64,000 nt of DNA. Origin: Marsupella aquatica. Lineage: Eukaryota; Plantae; Marchantiophyta. Shown here piece by piece: positions 35,601 through 48,990 of the stretch; positions within the stretch are counted from its first letter, which is position 1, and every line of letters begins with the position of its first letter. Location of the stretch: NCBI GenBank assembly GCA_973895155.1, contig OZ316898.1, positions 20,347,292 through 20,411,291 of the forward strand, given 5' to 3'. A program made the position numbers and the translations under genes. The notes under the pieces were generated by a model, which was given only the letters and a program-made list of their open reading frames with translations, was not told where the DNA came from and searched no databases.

Positions 35601-37054
35601 AGAACCACCCAAAGCCTTTTCTTCCTCTTCTCCTCTTGGGTGCTGTTGACCATGAATAACTTGGGAGGCATAATTTTTTGTGAGCTCTTTGCAGCGTTCA
35701 AATCTGTCTCCTTGGAAACCCAAACTCCAAACACTAACCCAAAGTGTAGAAGCAAGGGATCTCTTTGGAATAAACATCTAGAACCTACCACCCTCATTGA
35801 TATGTTAGTCTGGAATTTCATTCTCAAGAGCTGATAACATCAACTTTTGTGGCGGTGTTTGATCCCTGACTCCGTTATATTGTGGGGGGATTCACCCTAT
35901 ATAGAGGGAGTTACAGGCCATGGTCCCCTAAGAGGAGATGGGTTACCATGCATAAACCTGATGAACTATAGTTGGGAAGACTGCCTGGGATGACTCACAA
36001 CCCTGATCCTCACCATTAACACAGATTCACTGAATTAGGTGGCCAGGCTGCACAGGAGTTATGGCCATTAACCACCTACTATAATATACATTCCAGTCAA
36101 ATTTTTGGTCTTGTGCTACCAAAACTAAAAGGAGAAAACAAAATCCAGCCCTCAAATGCATTCTAGAGATGAGAATGCTATATGGTGAATGCTATATGGT
36201 GAATCCACCTTTCATATTTTGTCTCATTCAAATTTTGTGTCAAGTATAATGAGCTTAGTGTATTTTTAATGAATTTGGCTCCCCTCATCAAGGTTTAATC
36301 TTTCCTTTTCAATCACTCCTTAGTCAATTCTCTTTTTTCTCATGAGTGTAAGAAATGATTTTGAACAATGTGCACATCTGGTGTACTAAGTTCCTCTCAT
36401 GGTTTATTTTGCAAAATTTATGGTTTTAATTATGTTGAATGTCATTACCTAGAAGCAAGTGAAAATCTGTACTGTATGTGCACAACTCAACTCTTTAGTA
36501 CCTTTGTACTTTCTTTGTCATAATGTGATTTTATGTGCATATACTTTACATGTACCTACTTAACTGAATTACACATCACTACAAGACAACAACAAAAAAG
36601 ACATGTTCCAGGATAAACATGCTATATAGAGATTTTTTGTCACTCTCAAATTGTGGGTAGGGTGCCCAGGGAGGGTCTATTATCTTGAAGTGGCCCATGT
36701 ACAATAGGCTAATGGGGATAAGTGATATGTGTACAGATTATCAAGAACTATAATACAAGGTCCCGCTCTTTTATAGAGTGGTCGTCATTTGAATTTGCAG
36801 GGCCCAAAAAAGTAAACAATCTAACCAAGAGAAGGAATAGACTACAAATTAATTACATTTAGTGTGAAGGGAAAAGGTGACACCCTTTTCCAAGCAAGAA
36901 CAGTTGGTTGTCAATACACGAGAGTCCTTTTAGTACCATCCATGCATAGTAAGCCATCCATGCATAAAATGTTACTTCCTCTATCATTTTTTACCACTAT
37001 AATATCCTATCCCTATGAAAACAGTGTGAACCAATTTTGACCTTTTATCATACA

Positions 37055-37443
37055 CGAGCCCTATGCCCGTGCGTTGCACAGTGCAATGAGGGCCGGCCCA
37101 TAGGGAGTCGGGCCGGGGGCCGGGGGCGAGAGGCAGGGTTGAGCACATCAGGACCAAGGGGAGGGCGAGAAAGGGCATCAAAGGTGAGGCATCGTGAGGG
37201 CCGGCGAGGCATCGCGAGCATTGATGCCAGTATACGTATATCGCGAGGGGGTCCATAATGAAGGCACGGACGGGGCAAGCCTCGCCAAAGAGGACAAGTG
37301 CTAATCAGACGGATACAATAATCCTCTAAAATATCTAACGGCAAGTTTTGATTCCCGTTGATTCTGGATTTCATACCGGGACTAAGGAGGGGATTTCATA
37401 TTAACGGGACGAAGGAGGCAGGATCACTTATTATAGTTGTAGA
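37055..37443 (-). mobile_element. Non-autonomous Helitron (389 bp)
   Basis: On the minus strand: 5' A|TCTACAACTATAATAAG; subterminal hairpin CTGTGCAACGCACGG; 3' end GGGCTCG|T. A^T insertion site, no TSD, GC-rich interior in AT-rich flanks. Confidence 0.8.
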
Positions 37444-37819
37444 TTGTTTTTTAACACCATCACATCTCTCCATATACCCCATCTAAAATAATTATCTGTC
37501 CAAGATGCCCTTTAGCTTACCCACAACTGCCCAAGATGAAGAACTTAATTAAGAAAATAATTCAATTGATTCATATATAAATTTAAATTGGAAATTTTGG
37601 AAAAAAAATTGAGAATTTTGAAATACTTTGAATGTAAAAATTTAGAGTTAATAATGATATTTTTTCCAGTCACTCAATTGTGACTCTATGATGTGGTGGC
37701 CGTTATCTTGCATCTCAAATTTCTATGTGAAATGGATGGGTTATTGAACACGACCACAAAAGTATATGGCGGGGATCACACAAATCATGTCTTGGTTGTA
37801 AAGCTTATAATTTCAAGTC

Positions 37820-39434
37820 TTGTCTTGACATCTTTTCTCACATTGACATGTTTTTGTAATCTTCTCATATTTATCTCTCCACAACATCTTTTCCTTGACT
37901 TGTCATCTTTTTCTCACCTCACCATCTTTTCTCACATTGACATCTTTATTTTAAGTTGCAGAACTTGACTACCATAACACTTAGCTTCAGCGTCGCTGAC
38001 TCCAACGCCGAGCTCCCCTATGGTCCAGGACTGGAATGGCCATCTAGGGAGGACTTAGCATGGGGAAACTTGTGGGCAATGGGATGTGGCACTGCCAAAG
38101 GCAAGACGCTAAGCTGGGGACACACATTAAGGACTTAGATTAGCTGAGAGTTGGTCGGGTCAAGGGGAAAGGGCCAGGCTCAAGGTCAACCGTCCGGAAC
38201 CTGGATGGACTTTGACTTCTGAGGGCTTGAGTGAGAGCTCATCTTGGGCCCAAGGCAAATGGAGTTTACTCCATGGGCAACAGACGCTTGGGGCACAAGT
38301 TACGGCCCGATCCGGGTTTGGCCGATCGGGGGGCCCAGGCAACGATACGGGTGCCATGGGTTCTTGAGGTTTGCGGGGGCTAGCTCGCCTATTTGCCACA
38401 TCCTGCCAAAACGGTAGCAAAGTCGCGTTCAGTTTCCCAAGGGAGCTTGTGTTGGGGAGGCAAGGCTAAGTAGACATGGAGGTTGAGTTTCAAGTGCACT
38501 TGGCCCCTAGACCATCAGTGGAACGAGAACCGGGAATTGGTTGCTAGAGTCGGGGCCATTCTGGTCCCGGCGTGCTGAGACAAGCTTTAGGACAAGCTAC
38601 GCTACTTGGGCCATGAGCATGTCCTAGGGGCAGGGCGGTCAATTGGTGATGGATAGGTACGAGGGAGAACCTGGGCTGCACCCAAGGAAGGAGTTGTTCT
38701 GGACGAATAGTGGGTGTCGGTGCTGGTTCCGGTTATGGCATCGGGAGGACCTATCACTAACCTACTTACCTATGTCTGCTGAGCTTGAGTTACGATGCTA
38801 GACTTGGGGGGTCTAGATCCTTAAGGGTTATTTACCGGAGTGCTTGGTTGCTGGTGTAGACAATGAGGACAGTTGAGCTATGGTTGTGTTAGAGAGCAAG
38901 CGTGGCTTTGTATTGGAGGGGTCGTAGGAGGTGTTGAGGGCACCAAGTTGCTTGCTCGAAGATCGAGTTTCGTGGAGGTGTTCGAGCACCAAGGGCACTT
39001 AGGCGTGGGCATTGGGATTGGTGAGGGCACTGGGTGGCTAGGTCCACCACTTTTTACCGTGATATATTATTCTCACTCGGCATTTTCTCTCACCCTTGAC
39101 ATTTTTTCTCTCCTCGACAATTTTTGTCACCTTGACATCTTTTCTCACCTTGACATCGTTAATTTTTTTCATCTTGCCATCTTTTTTTCACTTTGACATC
39201 TTTATCTCACAACGACATCATTCCTTAACCCTCAACATCTTTTCCTCATCTTTACATGTTTTTCTCACCTCACCATCTTTTCCCTCCTTGCTTATTTTTC
39301 TCACCTTGACCCCTTTTCATCACCTCGGTAATTTTTCTCTCTTCAACATCTTTTTTCATCTTGACATTTTTTTCTCACCTCGACATATTTGCTCACCTCA
39401 ACATATTTTGTGCAACAAAGAGGTATTGGGCTAG
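37820..39434 (+). mobile_element. Older Helitron-like element with a CT-rich ~22-bp minisatellite (ttttctcaccttgacatc-like); 5' boundary uncertain
   Basis: Minisatellite at 37820-37950 and 39070-39410. Ends in ttgtgcaacaaagaggtattgggCTAG|T, which reads as a decayed, CpG-depleted version of the Helitron hairpin plus CTAG. Confidence 0.5.
37966..39064. mobile_element. GC-rich ~1.1-kb insertion splitting the minisatellite; possible solo LTR/LTR fragment
   Basis: Sharp compositional shift. The right end ...ttttaccgtgata resembles an LTR terminus (..TGACA) with a C>T change. Left terminus and TSD not identifiable. Confidence 0.35.
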
Positions 39435-39960
39435 TTTCATATAATAATGAGTCAATGTATCAAAGTATGATATACATGTGGTGCACCTGTATATACCTTA
39501 TTGCATAGGAAGCATAAATAGAAAGCATGGGTGGGAGGTTTATGATGTGAAGAAGATGTGAATTCTGATTCATTTATGTTTATTTTAAAAACCAAATTAC
39601 TTACTATGCTTTCGTCTTTTTTTTTAATAATGTTGGAGAGATGGGTGTGGTATTGTTTTTTTTCATTTGGGACTGGGTCAAATTCATGGGGCCAATTTTA
39701 ATACTTGCCCACTTCCTCTCACCTTTCTTATTTTCCTGAGGTGAGATGTACTTTACTTTTTTCCATTTGTGAGTGCAGGTGAATTGTTGTGGGGTGGTGA
39801 TTCAACCTTGCACAATGTTTTTTATTCCCTCATTTAAAGTTTACTTAATATATTTGTTTCCTCTTTTATTTTCTTTGCATCACCTAGCAGACTCTTTGTT
39901 TGGATGGAGTTTTCTTTTTGACTCCAACATAATTTTTTCCCTCGTCATGGGATTAATTTT

Positions 39961-40096
39961 CAACCCATTGGCACTGGACACTTTTTTGCCCACAATCTTT
40001 TGCATTGACCTAAACATTTCACATAGACAACCCATTGGCACTGGACACTTTTTTGCCCACAATCTTTTGCATTGACCTAAACATTTCACATAGACA
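39961..40096. repeat. Exact tandem duplication, 67-bp unit x2
   Basis: caacccattggcactggacacttttttgcccacaatcttttgcattgacctaaacatttcacataga at 39961 and 40028. Confidence 0.96.
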
Positions 40097-40624
40097 GTAC
40101 CTCATACACAATTTAAGTGGTTGTTTTCTTTCCTTGAGAACAAAAGGACTGTGGGGAAAAGGAAATAAGTCTGCTTGTTTGTCTGCATCCAGTGCTCACT
40201 TGCCTTCCCTTGCACCTCCCCCACTACCTTCCTCATGTGGGGAGGGGGAAGAGAGAAGGTAGAGGGAAAGGAGGAAAAAAGTGTTGTACAAGACTACTTG
40301 GATCGCTCAGCTGCTGTTGCCCGCCTCACACAATCTTGCACTTCCCTATGCCCTTGCATTCTCAAATAACATCACTTTCACAACAACAATATCAACCAAA
40401 CTAATGACTGTCACACCAACAACCATACACCAAGGCAACATTACACTTCCACACCTCACAACAAGATGACTACATAGGTGATAAGGACAGTAACACTTTC
40501 ATAACTACAACCTACCTTCACAGCCATGATAGAGTTGCAATGACAACTCAACCACAAGCACAACACAATTGCATTGGTAATTGTGCAATTCATAAGCATA
40601 GGGCTCAAAAGATCACCTTGCCTT

Positions 40625-40740
40625 CACAACAGTTATTTTCCTCAATGATTTTCTTTACTACATCTTTTCCACAAGGACATCTCCACAACAGTTGTTTTCC
40701 TCAATGATTCTCTTTATTGTATCTTTTCCACAAGGACATC
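40625..40740. repeat. Tandem duplication, ~59-bp unit x2
   Basis: cacaacagtt.ttttcctcaatgatt.tcttta....atcttttccacaaggacatc at 40625 and 40684. Confidence 0.9.
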
Positions 40741-41818
40741 ATTCACACCACATCTTTTGTGCAACACAATATTGAGCTAGTTTTCAATGAGAATACAAAG
40801 GGATTCACAAGGAGAAGTGTCCCATATGTTATTCCGGCGGAGTGTACCTATGACTTGCAGAACAAGGATATTGTTCAGTGTTTTCACATTTAGCAAGAGG
40901 CACTTGCAAGGTATTAATTCAGGAATGGAACTGGGAAGTGATGCATGCTTTGGTCTCTTCTATTGTACACAACACATCTCAAATTGGTACTTGCGCTCCC
41001 ACCTCCTCCTGAAAGCCACCTGCTCCTTGAACGGTCATTTACATTGTTTCTATCAATGCCTGCCAGTAAAATCCAAAGTTCATGCTTGTCTCATCTGACA
41101 TGTACTAAGATAGACACATTAAATCCAGCCTTTATGGTTTTGAAGTAACACAAACGTACTACAACTACAGAAGTGTCCAATCCGTTTAAACCAGAAGATT
41201 TCAATCGAGGGCAAAGCACCGTTGCAATTTTGGTTTTCTCTATAGGGCATCCTCGTGCTAACTTCCACCTTCACAAAAACGCTGATGTACTGTTGAAGCA
41301 AGAACTCAATGCAGATGTGTCGGATATCTGGAACTAATAATGGTCTACGAAATTGTGCTCGGGAAAATTGTTGCCACCGCAGGCAACAATGAAAGGACTT
41401 ATTAGATGAATGAGAATTTGCTCCGGAATCTCTTAGACTCCCACAAAATTGGTAAGCGTTCACGTGCTGCTATTATGGCACAGCAAAAGGTCCTCCTACG
41501 CTTATTTCACTACCATGTATATATGAGAGGCGTACGTAGAATTCACCTGTCAAAAGCCACCATTAAATGGTCCCGATCTTAAGACTCACAGAACAGCAGA
41601 GCCAAGATGAAGCGCAGCAAGCATTTAGTTAGAGCCAAATGTACCGCGGGGTTTGAGCTGGCACACTAGCCATGCACCTGAGGGGGTATTGTTGAACTAT
41701 ATATGTACGATGCAAAGTGGGACCTGTGCCCTGGTATAGAACATCAAATGGCCGAGGTCTGCTAGGCAAGGCTTTGTCTAAAAGCTTGCTGTCATCAAAC
41801 TCTGTTCGTAAATTCAAT

Positions 41819-44800
41819 TCATTTATGATCTCCAAGACGGATGATGCCCCAGACATCAAGGGCACCTGGGGGAACAGCATTGTCAACAGCTGCTCGCACG
41901 GCTGCCTTGGCCACTGCAGTCACCTTCACTGGCGGAATAAGGAGGGGGCCTACCACAGGAAGTTGAGTAGCTGGCTTTATATTTCGAAACAACTGCACCC
42001 AAAGACCTCTCCCAAAGTTAGTTCATCAAGCTCAACTTTCAACTCCTAGATCAAACCAATCCTTACCTTGTACCAAGTTAACAGAGACTGAAAACTTGAA
42101 TAAAACCGACTGCAGAGACAACATATGCCTCGGTAGCGCATCCAAGACCTTTCATTTACATCAGACCATCGTTTTGTTCGAAGAAGGAAAATACGTACCA
42201 TCTCAAGAGGGGCACCGACCACACTCAAAGGAACGTTCATATTGCCCACCCGACGTGTACCGTGGATGAATCCTGGCCTTAGAATTACACCTGCAAAACC
42301 CCCACCAAAAGCCACCTCAGGATGCTTCTGAATTCCAAGTTTCTGTCCACGAGCTCCACTTCAAATATGAGGGACGAAGACATGATGATATGGCCAGTTG
42401 GCAGTACTTGATATGGAAACATTAGCCGTGCTTTGATTCCACAGTGAAAGAACTTAACCACTTGACCAGGAAAGAGGCTAGGATAATTTGCCAAACTACA
42501 AGGCAAGAGATGGGAGCATTCCAAAGACGTCAAGAAATGCTTACCTCCATAGGGAAACTTAGACCTCAACGCCTCTTCTGCAGCTTTCTGCGAATTTCAT
42601 CCAGAAAAGCATCAAACAGTTGTCCAAATAGACTATTCCCAAAAAGAATGACCCTGTAACCCACTGAAAGGCGACGAATGCCGTTCCATACTTATAGAAA
42701 TGACCACGCGTGTTGACTCATTTCTTTGCCATTATCCAAATTCTTTCAGAAGCTCACCTTCCCTTGATAGTAACCCTTCAGCACAAATGGCAGGTTAAAA
42801 TCAGCAGCGGATATGAACACAAATCGCTCCACACCTGTTGAAGAAAACAGCAAATATTCATTGACCGAGACAATTTTTTGTGTAAGCATGGATCCCCAGA
42901 GTCGGACCCTAAATTCACTAGAATTCTGACTACAAATTTCCAGTGTGGTAAGCAGAACAATACTGTGGACTCAAGGGGAGAAATAAATTGCGCATTACAA
43001 AGAAAGGATCTTCCCACCTGCCTCAGCAGAAGCATTTATAGCAGAGATATTTGCATCACCATTGATTTTTAACATTTGAGTGTTTGATCCGAATCCTCCA
43101 ATACAAGAGATCTGGGCGACAGGAAACCGCCAAATTTGTTACTGGTTTCAACCTTACCAACCAGTGCATCCCTTATGCACAACAGAGAGTCATCGTCATA
43201 ATCGAATAATTACTCGAGCATTCACGAGCAGGTTGGGTTTAAATGAGGCAAATACCACTGCAGTGACTTCTTTCAAGTGGTCCTTCCACTTCTCCGTATC
43301 GAACACGCTCCCTGCAAACGAACCCATTCAATCTCCCGCGTGAGGTACAGCGACGATTGTCGAATACAAACTTCAAGAGAGTATGCTACCAGTAACAAAG
43401 GAGGATGGATGTACGAACCAACTAAATATCTAGCATCAAAGATAGAAGAATCCGTGCGTCATATGGAATTAATTTTCATTACAAAGTTAGTACGTGGGAA
43501 CGTGCAAGTGATACGAACCTCGAATCCAGTCTACATCCTGAACCCATGGCTCGTGCACAGATGGCTTCCCAGACCTGAAGATCGTTCCGATAAAAATCAA
43601 GGTCGTGAGAATTTCTACACGTAGAATCAAAGCAATGCAAAGGTCTTATACAAAGTCAGTGCTCGCACTGCCGTGGAGTTGGCTGTGAGAATGGAACATC
43701 TCAGACCTCTAGGCATTGACATCAACGCAAGCAAACAACATACGCACACCGGGATAATGGACTCGGCAGAAAATGAGTCGACAAGAGAACATCTCAAATT
43801 CTCTTCCTACTCTGACCGACCGATACAGTCCACAAAACTAGCCAAGATTTATGATTATAAACGAAGAAGGTAAGGAAGTCTTGTACCTGTTGAGACTAAG
43901 AACTGGCAGACCAAATTCTAAAGCTTCCTTGCAAACATGTGAGCCGACGAATCCATTTCCTCCCAAGACAAGGAGCTGGATTACAGCCATTTCGTGACGT
44001 CAGACATGTTGAAGTAACACCAACTTAACTTTAAGCTGCCACAACTCGTTCCCTCTGATTGGAAATGCGGCATTCCATATCTAACAACGTCTAAGAGTAA
44101 CGTAGAGAATTAAACTCGTCCCCTACTCAGTAATGGAAAGAAACAGTCGACATTCTTATCTCCTGAACACTATTTTCACCTTTGTTCGGTCGGTAGGAGT
44201 CGGCATGCCTATAGGTTCAGCTTCAATTGTCTTTTCTGCTGCAACTCCTATGGGCTGTTGATCCTGCAGGGTGGCCGAGAATGTTGATATCGGCTTCCTG
44301 GAAATTTCCTTCGAGGCAATCAACGGCCTGTCCAAATATCAACATAGTGTTAGTCATTCTTCTTTTGCCGTGTAGGAGATATACTGCAAAGCAAGTGCTT
44401 TTGCAATTGCCGGAAAGTCACCATGCTGACGGTCTTTGAGCAAACATAGCTTTTGGGTAAGATCCCGCAGGCTAACATCCTGAGGATGTGTAATATGGTG
44501 AACGTGTTCTATACACACCTCCCGATCATTCCTCCTACAAATTTTTATTAAGACTTTTAGCTGAGCTCCCTCATAACTAACGAAGGAGGTATTACCCAAT
44601 ATTCTGGAAATTCTATTCCACCGTACGTGCCAAGAACCATGATAAGTAAAAGTGTTCATCAAAGAACATATAACAATTATGCCACGAATGAAAAAATAAA
44701 GAATCACAAATTTGCTGAACTCGAAGAAACCATCTGCCCATAATAAGCTGGGTCTGCCATTATCTCAGGGTACCTTTCATTGAGTACTATTAGAGATCTT

Positions 44801-45624
44801 GAGAATACAAAGAGCTGCTGTACGAGAAGAATTGCTCGCTCCCTAGGTATCCATCCATTTGTCCATGGACTCTACTGCAATGTAGATTCTTGAGCATATA
44901 TCTAAGCCCTAGGAGATCATTCTACAAGGACAACACCTGAAGTGAACAAACCCACAAACCACCCTGCATGCAAATGGTTTGGGTACTATGTTGAACCGAA
45001 CTTCTCAGCGTCTGAGCGAACGTACACACAACACTCCGAAAAATGTCAAACGGGAGCACAGTTCATGATAATGTCCTTCGATGAAAGAAGTCACTTCCTC
45101 CCTGCCAGACAGGAACTAAACCTAAATTCTTTCTTAGGGTACCTCCACAATGAATTCATTCATTGGGCTTCCTAGACCTGAGGAGTCTCCAAGACACAAT
45201 CTTAATCAACTACTCTCCCTTGAAAATTCCAACCTCTCTTTAACACAGAAAGAGGCATGATCAAGAAGAGGCAAAACTTTTTAAGCGGTTGGTCGACAAG
45301 GTGATGGAAGAGAGAAATTTCGCCGCTCGCAATGAGCTACGCCAAATGTAAAACTGCAAAAATGAAAAGGGGCCTAATGATGCGGATTTCAAACTATGAC
45401 AAATGAAAGCAAAACATTGTCTTGTAGGAGAATCAACTGGTCCAAAGCTGAACTACAGAACCGGATTGGCAGGCATTCATTCCAAAGCATTTTGCTTCGG
45501 TCGTCCGAGGAGCAGACGAGTAAGCAGAGAAGAACTTTCGCAAGTCAGAGTCCGGGAACACGAACCAGAGCCGGGAAGCTTGAAAGTGCTGATTCTGTAA
45601 GCTCCTCCTTACTACTGATGCCAT
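41819..45624 (-). CDS. COQ11: Atypical NAD(P)-binding SDR, COQ11-like (At5g10730/At5g15910-type), with probable mitochondrial presequence, 10 exons
   Basis: Exons 45624-45566, 44327-44180, 43975-43887, 43574-43519, 43311-43256, 43111-43018, 42834-42758, 42587-42545, 42290-42199, 41992-41819; all GT-AG and in frame. Motifs: LLVLGGNGFVGSHVC (Rossmann), ISCIGGFGSN..M.KINGDAN, FVFISAADF, GYYQGK (YxxxK), ILRPGFIHGTR, PPVKVTAVAKAAV. Confidence 0.9.
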
Positions 45625-46626
45625 CGCTGGCACTTTAGATTCCCCACCTGGTGGTGCCGCTCAGAATTGCTGGCTGGCTCGCTACCTGGTGGCTCCCTGG
45701 TGGCCGATGTGCCTAATCTACCGTCTGTTCATGGCAGGTCGAGCGAACAGGGGAGGTTTAAGCAATTCAATCATTCACAGAGTTTTCCCTTTTCCAGAGT
45801 TGATTAGTGGAGGGTGGGACAGTTGTGGGTTGCTGCGATATCAAAGAGAGAGATTCGGTCTCTTGTGAGACTGTGAAGGTGAATGAAACACTCCGCTGTG
45901 CTTCGCTTTGCATGCTGGGGAAAGTGCCGGACGCGTCGTTGCTGCCACTGCGGACCGGCGGTCCACTTCGAACGCGTGGCCGCAGCTCTCAGACCCATCG
46001 TTGGGTGCAAACTGGCCACGAGATGCATTTCAACGCAAACTCGCGTTCATGAGGGGTCTCAATTTGTCCATTTTATTAGGGCGTCCCTAAGCTCAGAATT
46101 TGATCTACCTTACCTCCCCTAATTGGTGATGGACACAAAAAGTTATGGATTACAAAAAATCATAGTACACCTTAAACCGCCAGTGTCCATATAAATACCA
46201 CTAAAGCCAAGCGTCGGTCAGTCATTCTGTCCAGAGGTGCCCAGCGAAGGCTCGGATCCTGAGTCCCAGCCAGAGCCCGTAGCCCCAGCCAGGCTCTGCA
46301 AAACGTGCTGAGTGTGTCTGCCAAAGAGTGTCGGAGTTACTTTTCTGAGTTACTTTTTTGACTCAGTGGGAATGTTTGCAGAATGCCCCTTAGCTACGCG
46401 GGGGCTCGTTGAGGGGCTTGTGAGTGTGCTAGGCCACACTCACAAGCTGTCATAGCCATGGAGATTCGTCAGTCCGCTGGGCTCCAAAGCTGTTGCCATA
46501 GACATGGGGGTTCGTGCATGTGCTAGGCTCCAAAACCTGCTACCGTTGCCATTGCCGTGTTCTCTGAACTGGAAACCTAACGCAGTCAAAATTGCTGCAT
46601 CCTTTGGCACACTGCCTCCCACCTGC

Positions 46627-47072
46627 TGTCACACCAATATGAGTGGTAGTATAGGGTATCGGACTATGTAGGTTTGAGGCTTTCATATGTGTGTTATCTA
46701 AGTGTTTTAGGGTTAGTGTATGTTTATGAGAGATAGTTATATCTCTTTGTGTTGGCTCAAAGGTCTCATCTTTTGATGTTGAGCCTTTCGAGCACAAACT
46801 CTAACGGCTATGGTGTGGCTGTCTAGGTTGTGTGTACGTAACGTGGATTCCTTGAGGCGTAAGGTGCGTTTGGCTTGACATAAGTGTGTGATCGCATCGG
46901 GCAGGATTGTGTGTTTGATTGGCATCAATCGCTGTTTGATTGCTCTTGGACATGTGTGAATAGGAATTCCATTTGTACTCCATTCTCTTATGTTTGTGAT
47001 GTTGATTGTGACTATGCTTAGATATGTGTGACAAGCGATGTATGTTGTGTAGCGATGTTTATGCGCACGACA
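46627..47072 (-). mobile_element. Solo LTR (~446 bp)
   Basis: TG...CA termini (tgtcacacca...cgcacgaca); reverse-complement homologue of 47743-48203. Flanks ctgc/ttgc may be a decayed TSD. Confidence 0.75.
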
Positions 47073-47742
47073 TTGCTCTTGTACATGAGACATTGTCTGT
47101 CAATTATTGTTGAAGGTGTTCCAATGATTGATCAAATGTTTGTAGATTTGTTTAGAGCCAGCAGTTGTTATCGTTAGGTTCATGCTGACAGTTCTTATCA
47201 TATTGATCACGAATATGTCCAGCGACAATGTATTCTTAATAGCAAGAAAGCGAAAAGGTTATGTTGTTTTTTCTAGTCTCCCAGCTTTGCTATGATCTGG
47301 TGTTTGTACAAATAACTTGCAAATTACACTCAAGTCTCCTCGTTTTGGTTCATAGTAACGGCTATCTGAAGGTCTTGTACAAGATCAATGTACAAGCCAA
47401 TATCAATCAAGATTTTCTCTGACCCTGGAGTGATGCCAAAACCTCTCCATATCCAAAATTGGCTTTGAGTTTGCTTCGAGCAGAGTAATTTGTGTTGAAC
47501 ATGAACAGTTCGAGCCACCCTTACAAGCACAACATCAGGAGTATCGTCTCCAAGGATCACTTCCTCCTGCACATTGCCCTCTGAAAAACTTGGGCGCAAG
47601 TGTATGAAGGGATGGACAGGGTGTATGTTTTACTTGCCACTGTGTCCTTGGTGTTGGATGAAGCCTAGAATATCTTTACAGTATGGGCATAAAATAGCAT
47701 GGGCATAAAATAGCAACCACTGAAGAAAATCTTGTTGGTGCA

Positions 47743-48203
47743 TGTTGTGCGCATACACATTGCTACACAACATACATCGCTTGTCACATACATCCAACAT
47801 AGTCACACTGTCACATCACAAACACAAGAGAATGGAATACAAGTGGAACTCATGTCCACACATGTCCAAAACCCACAATAATCTCAATAGAATCTGAATA
47901 ACGATCGACGCCAACAATACGCGCTCAATCCCGTCCGATCCGATCACACACGTATGTCAAGCCAACGCACCTTGTACTCAAGGAATCCACGCTACATAGA
48001 GAGAGCTCTCAACCACCATAGCCACCACACAAGCTCCCCTCTCCAAGGCTCAACATTGAAAGATAACCTTTCAATGCCTCACAAGAGAGAACTACCCTCT
48101 CACACAAACCTAACAGAACCTTATCGGCTCATATAGCACCCATACCAAACATACAGATCTAGATAGTATGATACACTCTAACACTGCCTAGAATGGTGTG
48201 ACA
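47743..48203 (+). mobile_element. Solo LTR (~461 bp), same family, opposite orientation
   Basis: tgttgtgcgcatacacattgctacacaacatacatcgcttgtcacata...aaggaatccacg...tggtgtgaca; colinear with the reverse complement of 46627-47072. Confidence 0.75.
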
Positions 48204-48205
48204 AG

Positions 48206-48268
48206 TGTCGTGCGCATACACATTGCCATACAACATACATCGCTTGTCACATACATCCAGACATAGTC
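48206..48268 (+). mobile_element. Truncated 5' end of a third LTR copy
   Basis: tgtcgtgcgcatacacattgccatacaacatacatcgcttgtcacatacatccagacatagtc begins 2 nt after the previous LTR end. Confidence 0.75.
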
Positions 48269-48990
48269 CCGGTCAGATCCAAAACTTTCACAACTATTGA
48301 TTTATCTAACTAGGATGACACTAGGTAGTTACGTAGTCACGATTGTCTCAAGGTACTCAAATGTGTCAAATGTGAGGTTGACAATGTGAGAAACTGAATT
48401 ATGTCACTAGAGTATATAAGGTGGGACCAAATGCCGCTATTGGCCATAATCCCCGCTCTTTTGGTTGCTCTTTTCGGTTCACATAATGCCACCGAACCCA
48501 ATTTGTGGGAGAGAATTTGTAGGCTCAAAACAGAAGAGCCCACATGCAAGTTTGCGGGAAGGAATTTGTCGGCTCAAACTATTTGCCCACATGCAAGTTG
48601 GCTTTTAAGGGAGCGTGAGCGAGTGATGCGTTGAGTTTGAGTTGTGGCAGGTAGATTTCAATTGAATTCGCGTCCAAGAAAGGAGTAGTCGCATCGAATT
48701 CTTCCTCATCGGGATTGAGTGGAAAGGAGGCTGGATCCATGGTCGGTTTGGTGGTCTATGCGATGGTGCTCTGCTGTTGATCTTGTAGGTGTTGTGAACT
48801 ACTGCAACTTAGTAGCATCTCTGGATGCGCTCCTTGGCGCCTCCCATGGCTGGCTGGCTGGCTGTGAGTTTGTGTGATAGCTTCTTAGGGTTTGTTCTTG
48901 GAGGTGGACTCGCAGCATTGGGCATGGGCTAGTGGCTGCTCCCCTACGGCCTGCCATACTTAGTTTTGTAATTGTCCAGAGACCACAAAA

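Larger units (their letters stand above)
39437..40780 (+). mobile_element. Second decayed Helitron-like element, possibly in tandem with the previous one
   Basis: Starts TCATATAATAATGAG just after the previous CTAG|T; ends ttttgtgcaacacaatattgagCTAG|T at 40777-40781. Confidence 0.4.

Noticed and set aside
46627-48203. DIRS-like or long-TIR (foldback) transposon
   Set aside because: Each arm has its own TG...CA ends, the arms are substantially diverged, no outer TSD exists, and no recombinase/transposase is recognisable. Independent solo LTRs fit better.
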